Assembly: GCA_030141605.1 (NCBI GenBank)
Contig: JAQGDQ010000739.1
Coordinates: 1-64,000 of the forward strand
From: Tubiluchus corallicola
Taxonomy: Eukaryota; Animalia; Priapulida
DNA length: 64,000 nucleotides
Reading direction: 5' to 3'
How positions within the stretch are numbered: position 1 is the first letter of the stretch; the number at the start of each line of letters is the position of its first letter. This document shows, piece by piece, positions 21,560 to 35,037 of this stretch. Under the pieces are notes generated by a model, which saw only the letters and a program-made list of their open reading frames with translations, was not told where the DNA came from and ran no database searches. Both the position numbers and the translations under genes were made by a program.

Positions 21560-22850
21560 ACTCAAAAGCGAATCAGGTGTAAATGTTTAACAGATGAAAC
21601 TCGTATTGACCAAATCAGTCATCATACTCTGAGCGTCGTTACTAGACAAAACTACTTTCTAACAATTTTGTATTAGTGGTCGTTGGATGTAATAGCTCCT
21701 TAGCAGTAGTGTCAATTTAAAATCTTTTGCACTCTTCTCAAAAAAGTCCTTTAAATTTTCTTTGTCACTATTTTTTGGAAAACCCTGCAGTACGTTTCTT
21801 TGTCGATCCCCAATCCTCGATTTTCTTTTCTCATCCACAAAATGTAATGTAATGTTTTGCTTGTTTATGAAAGTAGCAAGGGATAATGCAGAACAGTTTG
21901 TTGCATCAACGTATTGCTGAATCAATAGAGAATCTATCATTATGCTTTTAAAATCTATTGCAAAAGCCTTGCACGCTTTATAGTCTGTGAGAGTTGGATC
22001 AATGTCAGTGATATTGTTGTCAAACTCAAGATCCTGCAAAACATCTTGCAGATGTCTCACATACTTGCTTTACTGATCATTCAATCTTTGTATGTTTTTA
22101 GATCATCTTAGGCTCCGCTCTGCTTTAATCTGTATTTGGGGGTTGAGGTACAGAAAATTTTAAGGCCATTCACGGTTCAACTGGAACAATTAATCACTGA
22201 GTTTTTGAGTTGTTGCCTTACTCTTCAAAGCTGCAGGCTGTGCGAGATGCGGCATGCTTCCCCACTGAACATTAACGGCACGACAGAATTTCTGTTATCA
22301 TTTTTTTGTAATGTATTGTTCTGCACTACTTTTAGTTGACTCTGTACACCCTTTGCACTTAAAAAGCAGAAGACTGTACAACACACCCTACACTTTCTTT
22401 ATTGCAATCTTGTCTTGAACATTCATCACGTTAAAAAAATATTAGTGGATATGAAACATGCTTTACATTACTTTTGTCGATTTTTTACAAAAATACTTTG
22501 TTTGCTGCTCCATTATCAGTTACTTCAAGCTCATTTCATAATTATAATTATAATTATAATTATAATAGTTTTATATCATTACTGTATGAATGTGTATGTG
22601 AAACCAATTATCTTTTTTATTAGTAGCAAAATTTTACTTGGCTGGACCTCCTGCATTTACACTTTTGCATTTCTAAATGGTACCCCTTTGCTTTGAGGCA
22701 AATAATGCCTTGTTTCAACCAATCTGTATAAAAACCATGTTTTTTCTATTCCACTCTCTTCTCCAGTAAGTTGAAGTGCAGCACGTAGTCGCGGCGTAAA
22801 AAAGCTGAATTGAACTTGTCCATGATGTACTATGGCAAAGTAGACCCATA
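21560..22850 (-). pseudogene. Probable decayed TRIM-like (RING/B-box/coiled-coil) pseudogene
   Basis: Frames with stops and frameshifts give a RING-like KHGFYTDWLKQGIICLK, then B-box-like KYFCK..RQK*CKACF.IH and CKGCTESTKSSAEQY...QKFC, continuing in frame into the helical ORF 22060-21659. Confidence 0.4.
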
Positions 22851-23926
22851 CTATTTTCAGCGGAATTGGAACTTGGCTGGAAGTTGGAACTTCTGTAAGA
22901 AATTTTGTTTCGGAAAAATCTTGGAAAATTACTTTTGTTAATGATGTAAAATGTGAAATTTGATTTCCGATAAGTAATAATAAACGTTACGTCGATACAT
23001 AAAATCCTACGTTTACGCGTAAGCGGTGCATTTATTGCGTTGAGCTTGCATTGTACTTTATGGTGGTATAAAATAAAGCACGGTAGGTACGTAACTAGAG
23101 AATATTAACAAATTTGCGCTGTAGGATCACTGCTTTCATGCAAAAACAGATGTCTGAAATGTCTAATTGTGTCTATTAAAATCAAATTCTCATAATTTTT
23201 CTAAATATATAATGACATTATAGAAACCCGTATTGTGATATAATATGGCAACACAATGAAGATATAATACGTCTGTCTATTAATAACTAAACCACACACA
23301 TATATTATATATATGCCTAAGATGGTTGTGCAGATCATTACTAGCACTTAGTGAATGTTGACATGTAGTGTTGGTGAAAGTTTTTGTGTTTTTATTAGTT
23401 CTTTGTAGTTGTAGCTTAAAATATGAGTTTATAAAAGCAAATAATTTATTATTAGATTTAAATAAGTAAATAACTTGTAGAAACTCACATTTTTGCAATG
23501 CTGCGTAATTGTATTTGTTGGCTTTTGTATTTTTTGTATTTTGTTTTTCTTTGTATTTTTTGCCATGGTACATTATTATATTTGTACAATAAAACTGAAT
23601 TGAATTGTTCACTGATGTGAGGCATAATAGAAGGATGATTTGTCTTTGTACCGTGTTTTAATAAGCATCCCATTTATTAACTAATTCCATTTTTTTGTAC
23701 CAAAACTTCACAATGAAAGTTTAAATTTCTCTGTATCATGGACTGTTTAACAAACTTCTCTATAATCTAGTAGACACACTGAATAAGCTTAGCTAAGTAA
23801 ATTTTGTGTAATGTTTTTAACATTTTGCTTGTCTAAAAGAAATGTAAATTAGTTTTTACTTGTAATTTACACTAAAATAAATGCTAATAAATTATGGTGC
23901 AGTATAAGTTTCTTAACAAAAGATAC

Positions 23927-24893
23927 TAGTCCTGTCACAATACATCGATGCATATTAATAGCTTTCATTATGATACGCGTACTGCCAAAATGCACTTGTA
24001 TCGTGGTAGTCTGAGTTCACGATACAGTCGACCCTCGTTAAACCGGACCCCGTTAGCCCGGATATCGGATAAGACGGACGTCATCCGTGGTAAAGGAGAC
24101 TGAGTGATTTCCGTCCGCGCCGGAGCACTAAACACAACACGGCCTATCAACTGTACATTAATGTCTTTATCCTCACAGGTTAACTATTTTAAAGTAATAT
24201 ACAGTATAGTATATAGTGCACAGTATATAGTGCAATGTATATAGGCCTTATTAAGGTGATTATTCCTGTATAATATAGACCATATATAGGCATATCGGAT
24301 AAATCGGACAATCGGCTAAACCGGACACCCCCCAATTACTCCGGTTTAACAAAGATTGACTGTATTCGGCAAATTAGCATGTGCTTGACTGTATGCTGAT
24401 AAAAATTATGTGACGTAATTCAAGATTCAGCTATAGAGTGTATTGGTATGTAGCAATCAGTGCAGTGAGCAATAAAGTTGACTTGACGCAGGTGCTGCTA
24501 GCAGCCAAGGCAGTTGAAATTGCAATGTGTTTATTCTGTAGTAGGCAAACTACATCGTTTGCATATAATAAACTTGTGAAATGGTAAACATGAAGCAGAA
24601 AATGCATGAGCAACTTTTAAACCTAAAGTACAGTGCAAACAATAGCTTACACATTACACAGTAATTAATAAAATGAAACAGTTAATCAAGTTATTTTAGC
24701 ATTTAGCACTGTTGGTTGATAAATATGTTTCGCATTTATTATCAACGGCTTCATCTAGTGTTTTTACAAAGCCTGCAAATGTTAACTGAGGTGTATCGTG
24801 ATACATATTGCATCATGTGGATAGTATCGTATTGTATTGTATATCGTACTGTCTTGTATTGTATTGTGACTTAAGTGTAATGTTATAGTCCTA
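23927..24893. mobile_element. Old hAT-type MITE carrying a nested pogo-like MITE
   Basis: Degenerate TIR TAGTCCTGTCACAATAC / TGTTATAGTCCTA, gtatcg subterminal repeats, 8-bp TSD aaagatac / aaagatat. Confidence 0.65.
24025..24362. mobile_element. Tc1/mariner (pogo/Tigger-like) MITE
   Basis: TA|CAGTCGACCCTCGTTAAACCGGA ... TCCGGTTTAACAAAGATTGACTG|TA; internal ccggac repeats. Confidence 0.85.
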
Positions 24894-25317
24894 AAAGATA
24901 TGATGTCTCAGTCTACTGCATCATTCTCTGGTGAAAGAAAGAGAGCCAGAGGGTAATTTGTGCTTAATAAGTGGTCGTAGTATTCTTTGTAAGATCTCAA
25001 AGAGATGTTTTTACTTTTTAGTGATCTTATATTATTTTTTACATTTTCATTGCAGAATTTTTGTTAATTCTTCTCATCCTGTTTTGTAAATGATAACTGC
25101 AGCTGAATGAGTTGATACCGAATAATGGTTCTGATTCTTGTCATTATTAAACTGTCTCAATTCTCCGCTGTATAAAGTAAATTCACCTATGATGTTGATT
25201 ACGGAAATGTTATTTTTGCAAAAATTCAGTATCCAAAATGAAAATGCGTTCTAAAGCAGTGCAAATCTGTCTAAATTTTCCTAAATTATATGTTGCTTGA
25301 TTTATAATATAAAATAT

Positions 25318-26009
25318 TAGGGATGGGACCGGTTCTGGTCCGGATCTTCAGATCCGCCACATTTGGTTGGTCCGGATTTGGTAGTTTTGAGTCCACTAAA
25401 CCTACTGTGCTTCATTTAAGTCATACATAGTTGTAACTAGCTCAGTGTTGTGATCAACTTGTACATTTAAGCGATGAAATATTTGCTTACGTCTTGCTAG
25501 GTTACCCATAGCCTCCTGGAGCAAACTTAGATTAGAAAAAAAATGTAACAGCCACGCGTGCGAGCATCACCATATTTGCAAACACTGTAAATCCTTGAAA
25601 ATAAGTGTACGAGAGGCACGATTACTAGTCTGTGTAATCGGTTGCCGTTTACTACAAAAAAATTTTTTAGATGCTGTCCAAAAACTGTACATGCTTTCTC
25701 TGCAGCTTGCATTTTGCAATTTCTGAAGGAATTTTTGTGGAATATGCAAAATAAAGGTGACGAATACTTCAAACTTCTCAACGTCCCAGTACTAATTATT
25801 TTAATTTACAATAATGATGTAACTGAAGAAAGGCAGTTAGACAACTTCAGGGATATAATAAATACTTAAAACGTTTTTACTATTCAAGAACAGGTATTTT
25901 CAAAAACACTGTAGACATATTTAAATGAAATGCCAGTTTAGATCCGGTCTGGGTCTGACCCGGCTATATGTGCCATAATCTGGATCTGGTAAACATGGAC
26001 CTATCCCTA
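25318..26009. mobile_element. hAT-type MITE with perfect 8-bp TSD
   Basis: TIR TAGGGATGGGACC / GGACCTATCCCTA, TSD TAAAATAT on both sides, subterminal (c)cggat(c) repeats. Confidence 0.88.
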
Positions 26010-28772
26010 TAAAATATTCAGTCTAGAAACTTCTTTTTATACTGTAAAAGCACCATGTCTAATAAGCCTTTTCACAATTCCAGCGATTGATGATAATCAT
26101 GAATAGGTCAAAGGTTAAGTCAAAAGTTAGAAGGAAACAGTTTAGTTCACATTATTTTTGAGGTATAGACACTGATTCTTCTTTATATAGCAAAGCAATT
26201 CGAATAGCCAAATGATTACTGTATGTGCTTAGCAATGGCGAGTCCGTTCAGTGATTGAATGGGGGTTTCAGGTTCAGTGCTATTCCTAGGAAGTTTCGTA
26301 AGCCATATATTAGGGTTTTTACCTGATTGAGGAAGGATGTATTTATTCTTACATCCTGATTGAGGTTACTGTATGTGGTTAGTAATTGAAGTTAAGCAAT
26401 GGTGAGCTTGATAAGTGAGTGGATAGGTGGCCACATCCATACGTCGCTAAAACATCTTTGCTGGTCCAATGACTGTTGTTAAAGGATTGTGTTTCGTAAT
26501 GAACTAGGTTGCAGTCCCACCACAATCACCTTTATTGAGTCAGTGCTGTCACAGTGGCTGGGGTGGTGGATCTCATCTGCCAATGTGCTAAATTGCATAA
26601 AAATAAGGTAAGTTTATAAACAGCCAGAGACCAAGACATACTAACTATGCTAGTTACAAAACAAGGGGCCCAGTGAATTCCCATTGTCTAACTGGCTAAC
26701 TGATATTGTGGATCAGATTGAGACAGTGTTAACTGGGCACAGGCATCTTGGAATGTTGTTGCAGCTCTGTAACCTGTGCACAGATGTAAGCACGTGTAAT
26801 TGCATAGATTTCACAGCCATCTTGTACATCCTGCTTAGACAACTTAGCAAGAAGGTTTGTTGGGTAACACAAACGAAAACAGAGGCTGCTTTGTGAAATT
26901 ATGAAATTAATTAACAAAATTAAAGCTACCGCCAGTGATTTCCACAAGCTACTAGGTGACATTTCCAGAGTCAGCAAAGCAATCAACTAAGTAATGTAAA
27001 TGTAAACGCTATCGTACACGACGTGCGACATTTTTGTCGAACAAATTGTGCCGTGATGTCATCGGCAGTGAAAAGTTGGAATGTCAACAGTGAACCGAAC
27101 ACGCGCATGTGACGTGTGAATGTGAATGACCTGTCCTCCGGTTCCGACAGGAAACTAATTAGTGTGCAAATCAAAAGCTGATCAGGCACGCATGCCTAAG
27201 TAATAAGATTGTTTAAGAGTTTTAAGAACTATCCTCCCAGGAATTCAGGATGCAGTTATCATCTAGCATTCTCTGTGCTTCACTAATTGGCATACATTAT
27301 TACATGAATCCGTCTGACATGAGAATTTATCCCACGTACAAGCAGTGTACATATCGTGCAGCTGGAGGGCTTGATAGTAGCTGGATGTTAGCGCCATCTA
27401 CTGCGAAATCAAATAGCTTAAATTCACTTAACTGTAAATATATGCCTATGATAATTTTTAGTAAATTCAGCTTGCATGGGAATGTCATGTGCAAGCAATA
27501 GTACCTGGATATACGTGTGCGTAGTTATGAAGGCGGTTATGTAAATATGTAATTACAATGTGTAAACTTTGTTGTAGTTTGCAAGTTCGTAAATACTATA
27601 AAGTTTATACTGTAAATATATATAAATAAAACAGAAATATCTTCATAAAATATGCCGCCACTTTATAAGGTGTTTTAAAATTTAAATTCCTGTTTAGCGG
27701 AGTTTAGTTTTTATTGTTGTTAAAGTTTATTGTTTGTTTTGATAAGCTGAGGTTTTGGGTTAGTTTAACCTAGGAGAAATTACTGACATTAGTTATGACA
27801 TGACAGTCTTTAGTTTGCTGTTTAGTGAATGATTGTCAGGTTATGTGCAATGTTTGTGCATGACATTATGTGTCTAGAAACGCCGTTGTCATGGCAACGT
27901 TGGCGCAATGCTTGGTTGTGATGCATTGTTTTAATTTGTTCTATTTTTTAGAACTGACTGTGAGCATTGTTTTTTTCTTTGTCCCTAAACGCCAACAATT
28001 CGCTCAAAGTTCTCGATCAGCTATAATTGCTTCTCATATTTTTGCAATGGACGCTTTTGTATGCGAATATTTGTTGTTTATTGATTCATTTTAATCTTGT
28101 CTTGTTTTTTATGGAACTCGAAAATCATTTGCCTGTTCGCTACTAACTTACTTGCTTTTGGAAGAACACCACTACCAGTCAATTAATTGTAAGAAGTCTT
28201 TCTGGAAAAGATATCCCCTTGAAACATATCGATCTATCACTTATCAGTATCAAAGGAAGGTCAACGTCAGTTTGTACATGGGCAACATTCATATAGTGCA
28301 CCATGATAATGAGCTGTCAATCTGTCACCTTTATTTTATTAACTAAGTAACGACCTAACAATGATCTTACGTCATTGTTACCAACTTAAAAATGTAGTAT
28401 TCTTGCTCCTGTGTGACACGTTGTGTTATTGCAAAATGGCAAGTACTTATTAGCAGAAGTCACAAGACTTTTCCTCGAAGTCAAAGATCACCATCCCAGC
28501 TGAACGTTTGTCGCCCATAATTGTGCAGGGGAGGGAAAGCAATTGTGGCGCAGTGTTATATTGAACAAGATGCTTTCCCAATTAATTAACTACGTATGAA
28601 GAAAGAAAATTGCTGCAAAGTTTCACAAGTTATCTGTGTGGTGCGCAAATCCCCAGAACTTAGTTGCGATTGACACTAGATAAAAATGAAGTATTATACA
28701 GCCAGATTGCAGCTAAGACGATAAAAATATCTATGTTAAATCGCTACATTTTTGTATTTTATTTGTTTTCAG

Positions 28773-28847
28773 GTTTTTGGAAGAAGGTTGTAAAGTAATT
28801 GTAGCCAGGATAATTAACTCAGTAATTTCTCTTTCCATAGACACGAG
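28773..28847 (+). other. Candidate non-coding 5' exon of the SIPA1L gene
   Basis: Pyrimidine tract tttatttgttttcag and donor gag|gtgagt; the SIPA1L first coding exon has its own upstream acceptor at 43900. Confidence 0.3.
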
Positions 28848-28898
28848 GTGAGTAAATAAGGTTCTGCTTACACTAAAATCTTCTTGATTTACCCCCGT

Positions 28899-28915
28899 TA
28901 TAATTATTATTATTA

Positions 28916-28955
<40 letters not shown>
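28899..28955. repeat. (ATT)n microsatellite
   Basis: Visible run. Confidence 0.9.
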
Positions 28956-28957
<2 letters not shown>

Positions 28958-31900
28958 TGTCGTTTTGTTTCTTTAATATCTCGCACATGCACAGGGCTAG
29001 GGCCACGAAGCTCAGAGGACACACTCTCCTTTATGCTTATATGTTACCAGTGACCCCTGTGTCAAAGGTCACGGAGTGGACTGGGCTAGTTGTTGTTTTA
29101 TAAATGATTATCCCCATTTTTGCATATGAATCTCCCCAACCACTCAGGTTAAATGGCCGTAGTAGAACGTAGAAGCGAGCTTGTAGTTAAGAGGGAAACA
29201 ATTATGTGATAAAGAGTTCCTCAGGGAAGAGGCCCGAGTGAAAAAACTCGAAAACTCGATTTGTAAACAGCCATTTGAAAGTATCCATGTCACGCATAGC
29301 AATGCCTCTAGTTAATTTTACAGCTAACTCGTGATCTGATAATTAGCAAGTGTTACTGTAAAACACGATCCCAATGCGTCACGCGTCGAGCGTTCAGAGA
29401 TTAATTAGCAAATTCAATTGATAATTAGTGCGGGGTTTTGTTGGTTTTCTGATAATTTAAATTTATGAGAAACTGTCATGTTGATCTAATTAGGCGCACG
29501 CGTTTATATAAATTCTTGTGTTGTTCAATTATTATTGCCTGCATTTAGGCAGACTGTGCAGCACAATAGTTGAATTTGAATTTTGAAGTTGCATGTTTCT
29601 AGATTCATGTGAACATTAAAATCATGTGATTTATTTAGTTTAGATGTGTCACTGCTGATTCAATGTAAATTCGTTTCATTGTTAACGAGAGGTTACCTGA
29701 GTGGTCATTGTGTGTGCTTAGCAGACAACAAAGTTAAGCATCATCAAGGCTGATCAACGTGAATGGATAGGCGACCAACAATCGTTCAATATCTGCCCAG
29801 GTTAATTTCATTCACCGGTGTAGGCTGATTGTAGCTGTTTAGTGTGATTGTGAAAAGATGTAAGATAATGAGACTAAGACACTAGATCTCCGAGATGGGG
29901 CATTGAACCAGCAGAAGTGTCTTGGCCTCCTTCACTTCGGAAAATGTTGAGACACTTCAACTGTTCAGGGTCTGATCATGGCAATCTTTGAATTCGAGGT
30001 AGAGACTGGTCCTGCCATAACAGTGAAATGACGCAGTCCCTGCCACTAGTGCTGTATTCTGGTTTGCATTATTTAATCGGATAAAAAATATTAACATTCG
30101 AAACGTTTTGATTGTGAACGAATGCTAATGCCCTGCGGCCAACCAAGGTGAATTGGATTCGTTTACATTACGAAGATAATAGTAAGAGTGGTTTATACTT
30201 TACACACATAATACGTTATACTGTACAATAGGTTTAGCTGTGAGAGCTAGTAAAATATGGTAATTAAGTGAGAAGGTTCTTCCAACCGCATTAAACTCGC
30301 TGAATGAAAAACACATTTTAATCAAAGTCACACAATAAACAAAATGCCAATGTTTGCTTACAGTTTCTTTGTTTACCAACAAATAGCGTGTTTACAAAAG
30401 GCCAAGGTCAAGCGGTCTTTGTCTGGTCGGTCGTGCCCACCCTAGCGCAGACCCCTACAGTGCGTACACTCGGGTCACGTGACGGGTTTGTGTTGGCAGC
30501 CGTGGCTGTACATTCGCTGCTTTATGTTTATTTGCTATGCAGTTGTGAGTAGTACAGTGTGTGTTCGCTCGGTCGTTAGACGTGTGCGATTAAATCATCT
30601 AGTGATTACCTTCTAGTTATTAGACGAATATGTGCATACGTGAATGGGATTTGATAAGCTCTGACATGATTGCATTATAATTGTGCTGCGTTATTTCTAT
30701 AGAGAAAATTACACTAATTTACAGGAGTAAGTCTACGTTGTTGTCATGCTGTTATTTGGTAGTTGTGAAATTGTGTTGGTAAAAATGTAGATTTCTGTTC
30801 CTGTTCATACAGTTTCACTTTCGGCGGCGTGCAAGAAAAACATTGTTTCTGCTGTGCAGTGCTGCTGTGTCTTTGTTTGCAAAGTTCGTGTACCTAAGTA
30901 CGAACTTTGAACTGCGCGGTTCGTATATTTTTTGTAGAAATAAAAAACTGTTGAAACGACAAGTACATACTTGTATAGATCACGTGTGCTTATATGAGTG
31001 TCATAAGTTAATGGACGGGACAAGCTTTACACATTCTTCGTGCTGTTCAACACGTGATCGGCGTATTGAGAGAGAACCGTTTATAGATAGTTACCATCTA
31101 GGTCCTTATTTCTTTGGATGAGAATCACATCCCGTTACTGGAATAACTACATCTTGGAAACTATATAGTTACATTCTTGATTTCAAGTGAAGGAGGTGAT
31201 TTCGCGCTATCGATGAGTACTACAAACTTATCAGTACGTAAATAATTCGCTTACATTATTACAAGTCTAGAGTTTACGTTTAGCATTTGTGATTACACAT
31301 CAGAGTTATTTAGTGTCCACGTACGAGATGTTTTCTTTCAACTAATTTTCGTTTTAAAAATACAAAAAAATATGAATGTGCTCAATCAGCTTCAAATGTC
31401 ATTTTCTGTTATCTTTTACGGGTAGTTTGCTGTTTAGGTGGTTATTTTACAACTCAGGACAGTATTATTTCGTAAAATTAAAGGTGGCTAAAGTTTCGTT
31501 GGTTTTTCAGTGGTAAATTGATAATTCTGTCAAGGTTTTATTATGCCGCCATACGCAAAAGCTAATATATCACAAAATCGTTTAGGATGAAAATGACACG
31601 AAGTCATGAATAATACCTGCCTTTATTACGCCTTGTTAAAAATTAATCAGTTTGCCGGTTGATTTATTGGGTTAGGTTTCTGGTTGCATAAATTAAGCAT
31701 CAGCAGGTAAGCTTGGTTGCTTGGTGCGCAGGTGTGATGAGTGATGAGTATATTTTGTATGTGAATTCATCTTGCTTTATCATCTTCTCACGCTTTGCTT
31801 GCGTCACCTGACACACCTACACAATGTCTATCATTAGATCAGCATTATTGCGTTAACGATGACTGTTGTTTCGTAAAAGGTAAAAATGGGGTCAGGCAGA

Positions 31901-34900
31901 AGCAGCTCGTAGGACAATGATAATGCTAATTATTAGGATTTACGTTTTAGCAAAGTGGGCTTAGCAGTGCAGTTTTGAATAGCAATTAACAGAATAAACA
32001 AAGTTTAGTTTTTATTGTTAAATTCCTATAAAACTCGTCGCACTGCAGATGTAAGTTAATTCAAAATTTTGATTAAAAATTAATAATATGTTTATAATTT
32101 CAATGTGTCGAATTTATTATAAGAACGTAGTCTGTTCTGTGTAGGTTAACTGACGAATTAAATCACTAATTTGTTTTCTAATCGCTGTATTTATCCATTA
32201 TTCTCAAATAAATGATTTATATTGTCGATGGAACAGTGTAATTCCTTCCTGTCAATGACTATATACAGTTTGTACGGCGCTGTAATTTGGCCAAGGGGCG
32301 GGTTTTGGTTCGTTCTGTTCCACTCCTTTTTATTGCTTTGCTCGATTTCAATTGTAATGAAACTGTAGATATAACACTTTCGTTACGGAAGTGGATAATT
32401 TGGCTGTAGCTTGGTGAAACGTTTCTAATCAAAGAGTTCACTACATGCTGTACGATGATAATGACGACAAATTGATTGCTTCCGATGTTTATCGCTACTT
32501 ATGCGATCCTGTCGTAACGGACCGTGGTAAAAACGTTACAACGCCCCCACTCCCCATCCCCCTGGACTGTTCAAAGTTAAAGTTGTTGTAGGAAAAACTT
32601 GTGCTTCTCGTTTAATTTGCTAAAATGTTTTCGAGTGAGTATGAGTGTTGAGGTTAGTCGACTCTCATTGAAAGAATCGATTTGGTTTGCCTGTTCAGAA
32701 ATATTATACTACAGTATAAAACTTCGCAACATTGCATTGTTCTACGCAACATCATTGTTTATTTCACTGGGTAGCAACTAAATAATACAATAGAATACAA
32801 TACAGTTTAAAATATACTAAAACAATAAACATAGCATTGTCATACAATAACATTTTACGTAAGAACATGTCAAACAAGAATAACATGGTTAGTAAGTAAA
32901 CACAATAGTCGAGTACAATAATCATGAGTTTATACGTCAGTTTTTAAGTTGATTGCATGTTTTAAAATTTAATAGTTATTGCCTGACTGTATTACATAAT
33001 ATAATTTCATTAGGGAACTATTAAGCAAACATGTCATATTAACTGTGAAATTAACTGTAACAGAAAACTGACGTTCAACGTAATCGATCAGACTAAAAGA
33101 AAAAGGAAACGAATAATTGAAAATTAGTATTATATATTTTTTTCATTAGCATGGTAACACTAAAGATTTGAAAATACAACAGGAGTAAGAATACAATCGC
33201 TAAATGTCCCCAGTAAGTAAAAGATACAAGAGAAAGAATACAAAAAGCGCTGGTCACAAGAACAAGAGTAGCGAAAAGCATAAAATAAAGAATAAACTCA
33301 TGGTGCTGTAACGTGAACCGTTGCGTCTTTTTTCTCTTTATTATTGGGCTTTCTTACTAATGAGTTTGAATAAATTGGTTCCCTTTTCCAGTTACTGATC
33401 CGACCGGGCGCTGCTTTTTTTTTCAAAGTCCAGTTAGCATACGCACTACATAGTTTTACATGTAATAGTATTAGCCACGTCACGTGGTCAACTTTGAAAC
33501 AACCTATCATCATGCATGTCGTACAGTGTTTAACAAACACTCGTACGTGACGTGTATCGCATTTTGGGTCATTTGCTGGTAACGACTGGTTCAAAGTGCC
33601 GCTGTCTTACTGGCTTTTCTCTAGGGGGCGCTTCCGTTTCCTAATCATCAGCAAGGGCTGTAATGAAAAGCTTCGTTTCTGTGGTCTGGTGTTCATAACT
33701 TGTCATTCACAACGTGGTTAACTTTACCCCTGAGAGATGAGAAGTAAATTACAGAATCCGATTAAGACCTCTCTTTCTCTGTATGTGTGCGTGTGTGCGT
33801 GCGTGGACTGGCTTCAAAGGTTTCACGTATATCCTCTAGTAATCTGATGTTAGTCAAGTGACTTGAGATTGTGGTTTTATTTAGTAATTTACTAGTACAA
33901 CAATTTGGGCCATTTTCATTTCTTTATTAAATCTAATGTTTTGTAGCAACTTGCCAGTTTTCGTAAATAAGCATTTTCACAGGTCCAGGGATTGATGATG
34001 ATCGTGAAAAGGTCAAAGGTTATGTGAATGAGACAACGGATTTGTGTCCACTTGACAACACCTATCAGCCCAAGCTGTTGTAACAGTAACAGTTTTTTAA
34101 GAGCTAGGTAGAACCTTAACCTAATTGATTTTTTCTTGCTTCCAAGCAAGATTCTGCTAGCAAATCACTTTACGCAAAGACTAATGCATAGTTAAGCAAA
34201 GTCCACGCAGAACAGCTGACGTTTCTGAACTCATGCGGCAGACGGCTTTGCTTTACATGTCGTGTGGCGGTTGCAGTTGAGACATGTTGTTTGCGTTCAC
34301 TCAACCTTTGACCGAAAACAACTACGACTGCGCACAACGAAACTGCGAAAAGGTTTATTGTTAGCCAAAATTATTATTGCGTAATGTGCAGCCCATTAGA
34401 GTGTTGCATTATAAGTAAGGGGTTTATCAATTGATAAACATTCTAAGATATTCAGTACAAACAAAAAAATTTTAACTACTGTAGAGGTTTTTAATATTAC
34501 GTATCATATCATTGGCATCGTAAAGAACAACTCTTTGCATAGTGCTGTAAAGCGTGTGAAGTTTGTAATGCTTTTAAAATGTGCGCAATTGATATTTTCA
34601 ATGAACAGCTCAAAACCGTTTTCAAGTGAAGTACGTCTTTCCTAAGTGCAGCACGAGGCTGATCAGTACCTTACTTTATTACCCAGAAATCGGATTAAGA
34701 GACAATACGCGTGTGTGGAAAAATAAAAAGATGTATACGCACCTCGTTAAAAGCAGCACATAGTCACATACCAATGACATCGACATTTAACAGTGAAAAG
34801 GGGGTTTGGTAAATCTGTGGGCTTAAAAACGTTTAAAACTGTCTTTGTAAATCCAGAGACAAACCACTGGGCTGCAAGGGGTAGTATTTTGCCCTGCTTA

Positions 34901-35037
34901 AAATTATGCGCTTTGACAAATTAATTTAGCTGACTTAATTCATGAATGCTGTGTATGAATTTTGTAAGCTGTTCAGTTTTCCGGAAGTGTTGGCAAGATC
35001 GGGCATTTAATTTTTATATGAATGTTACCATCTTGAC

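Noticed and set aside
33625-33660. Minimal hammerhead core CTGATGA-TTAG-GAAAC on the minus strand
   Set aside because: Could not form stems I and III or find an NUH cleavage triplet
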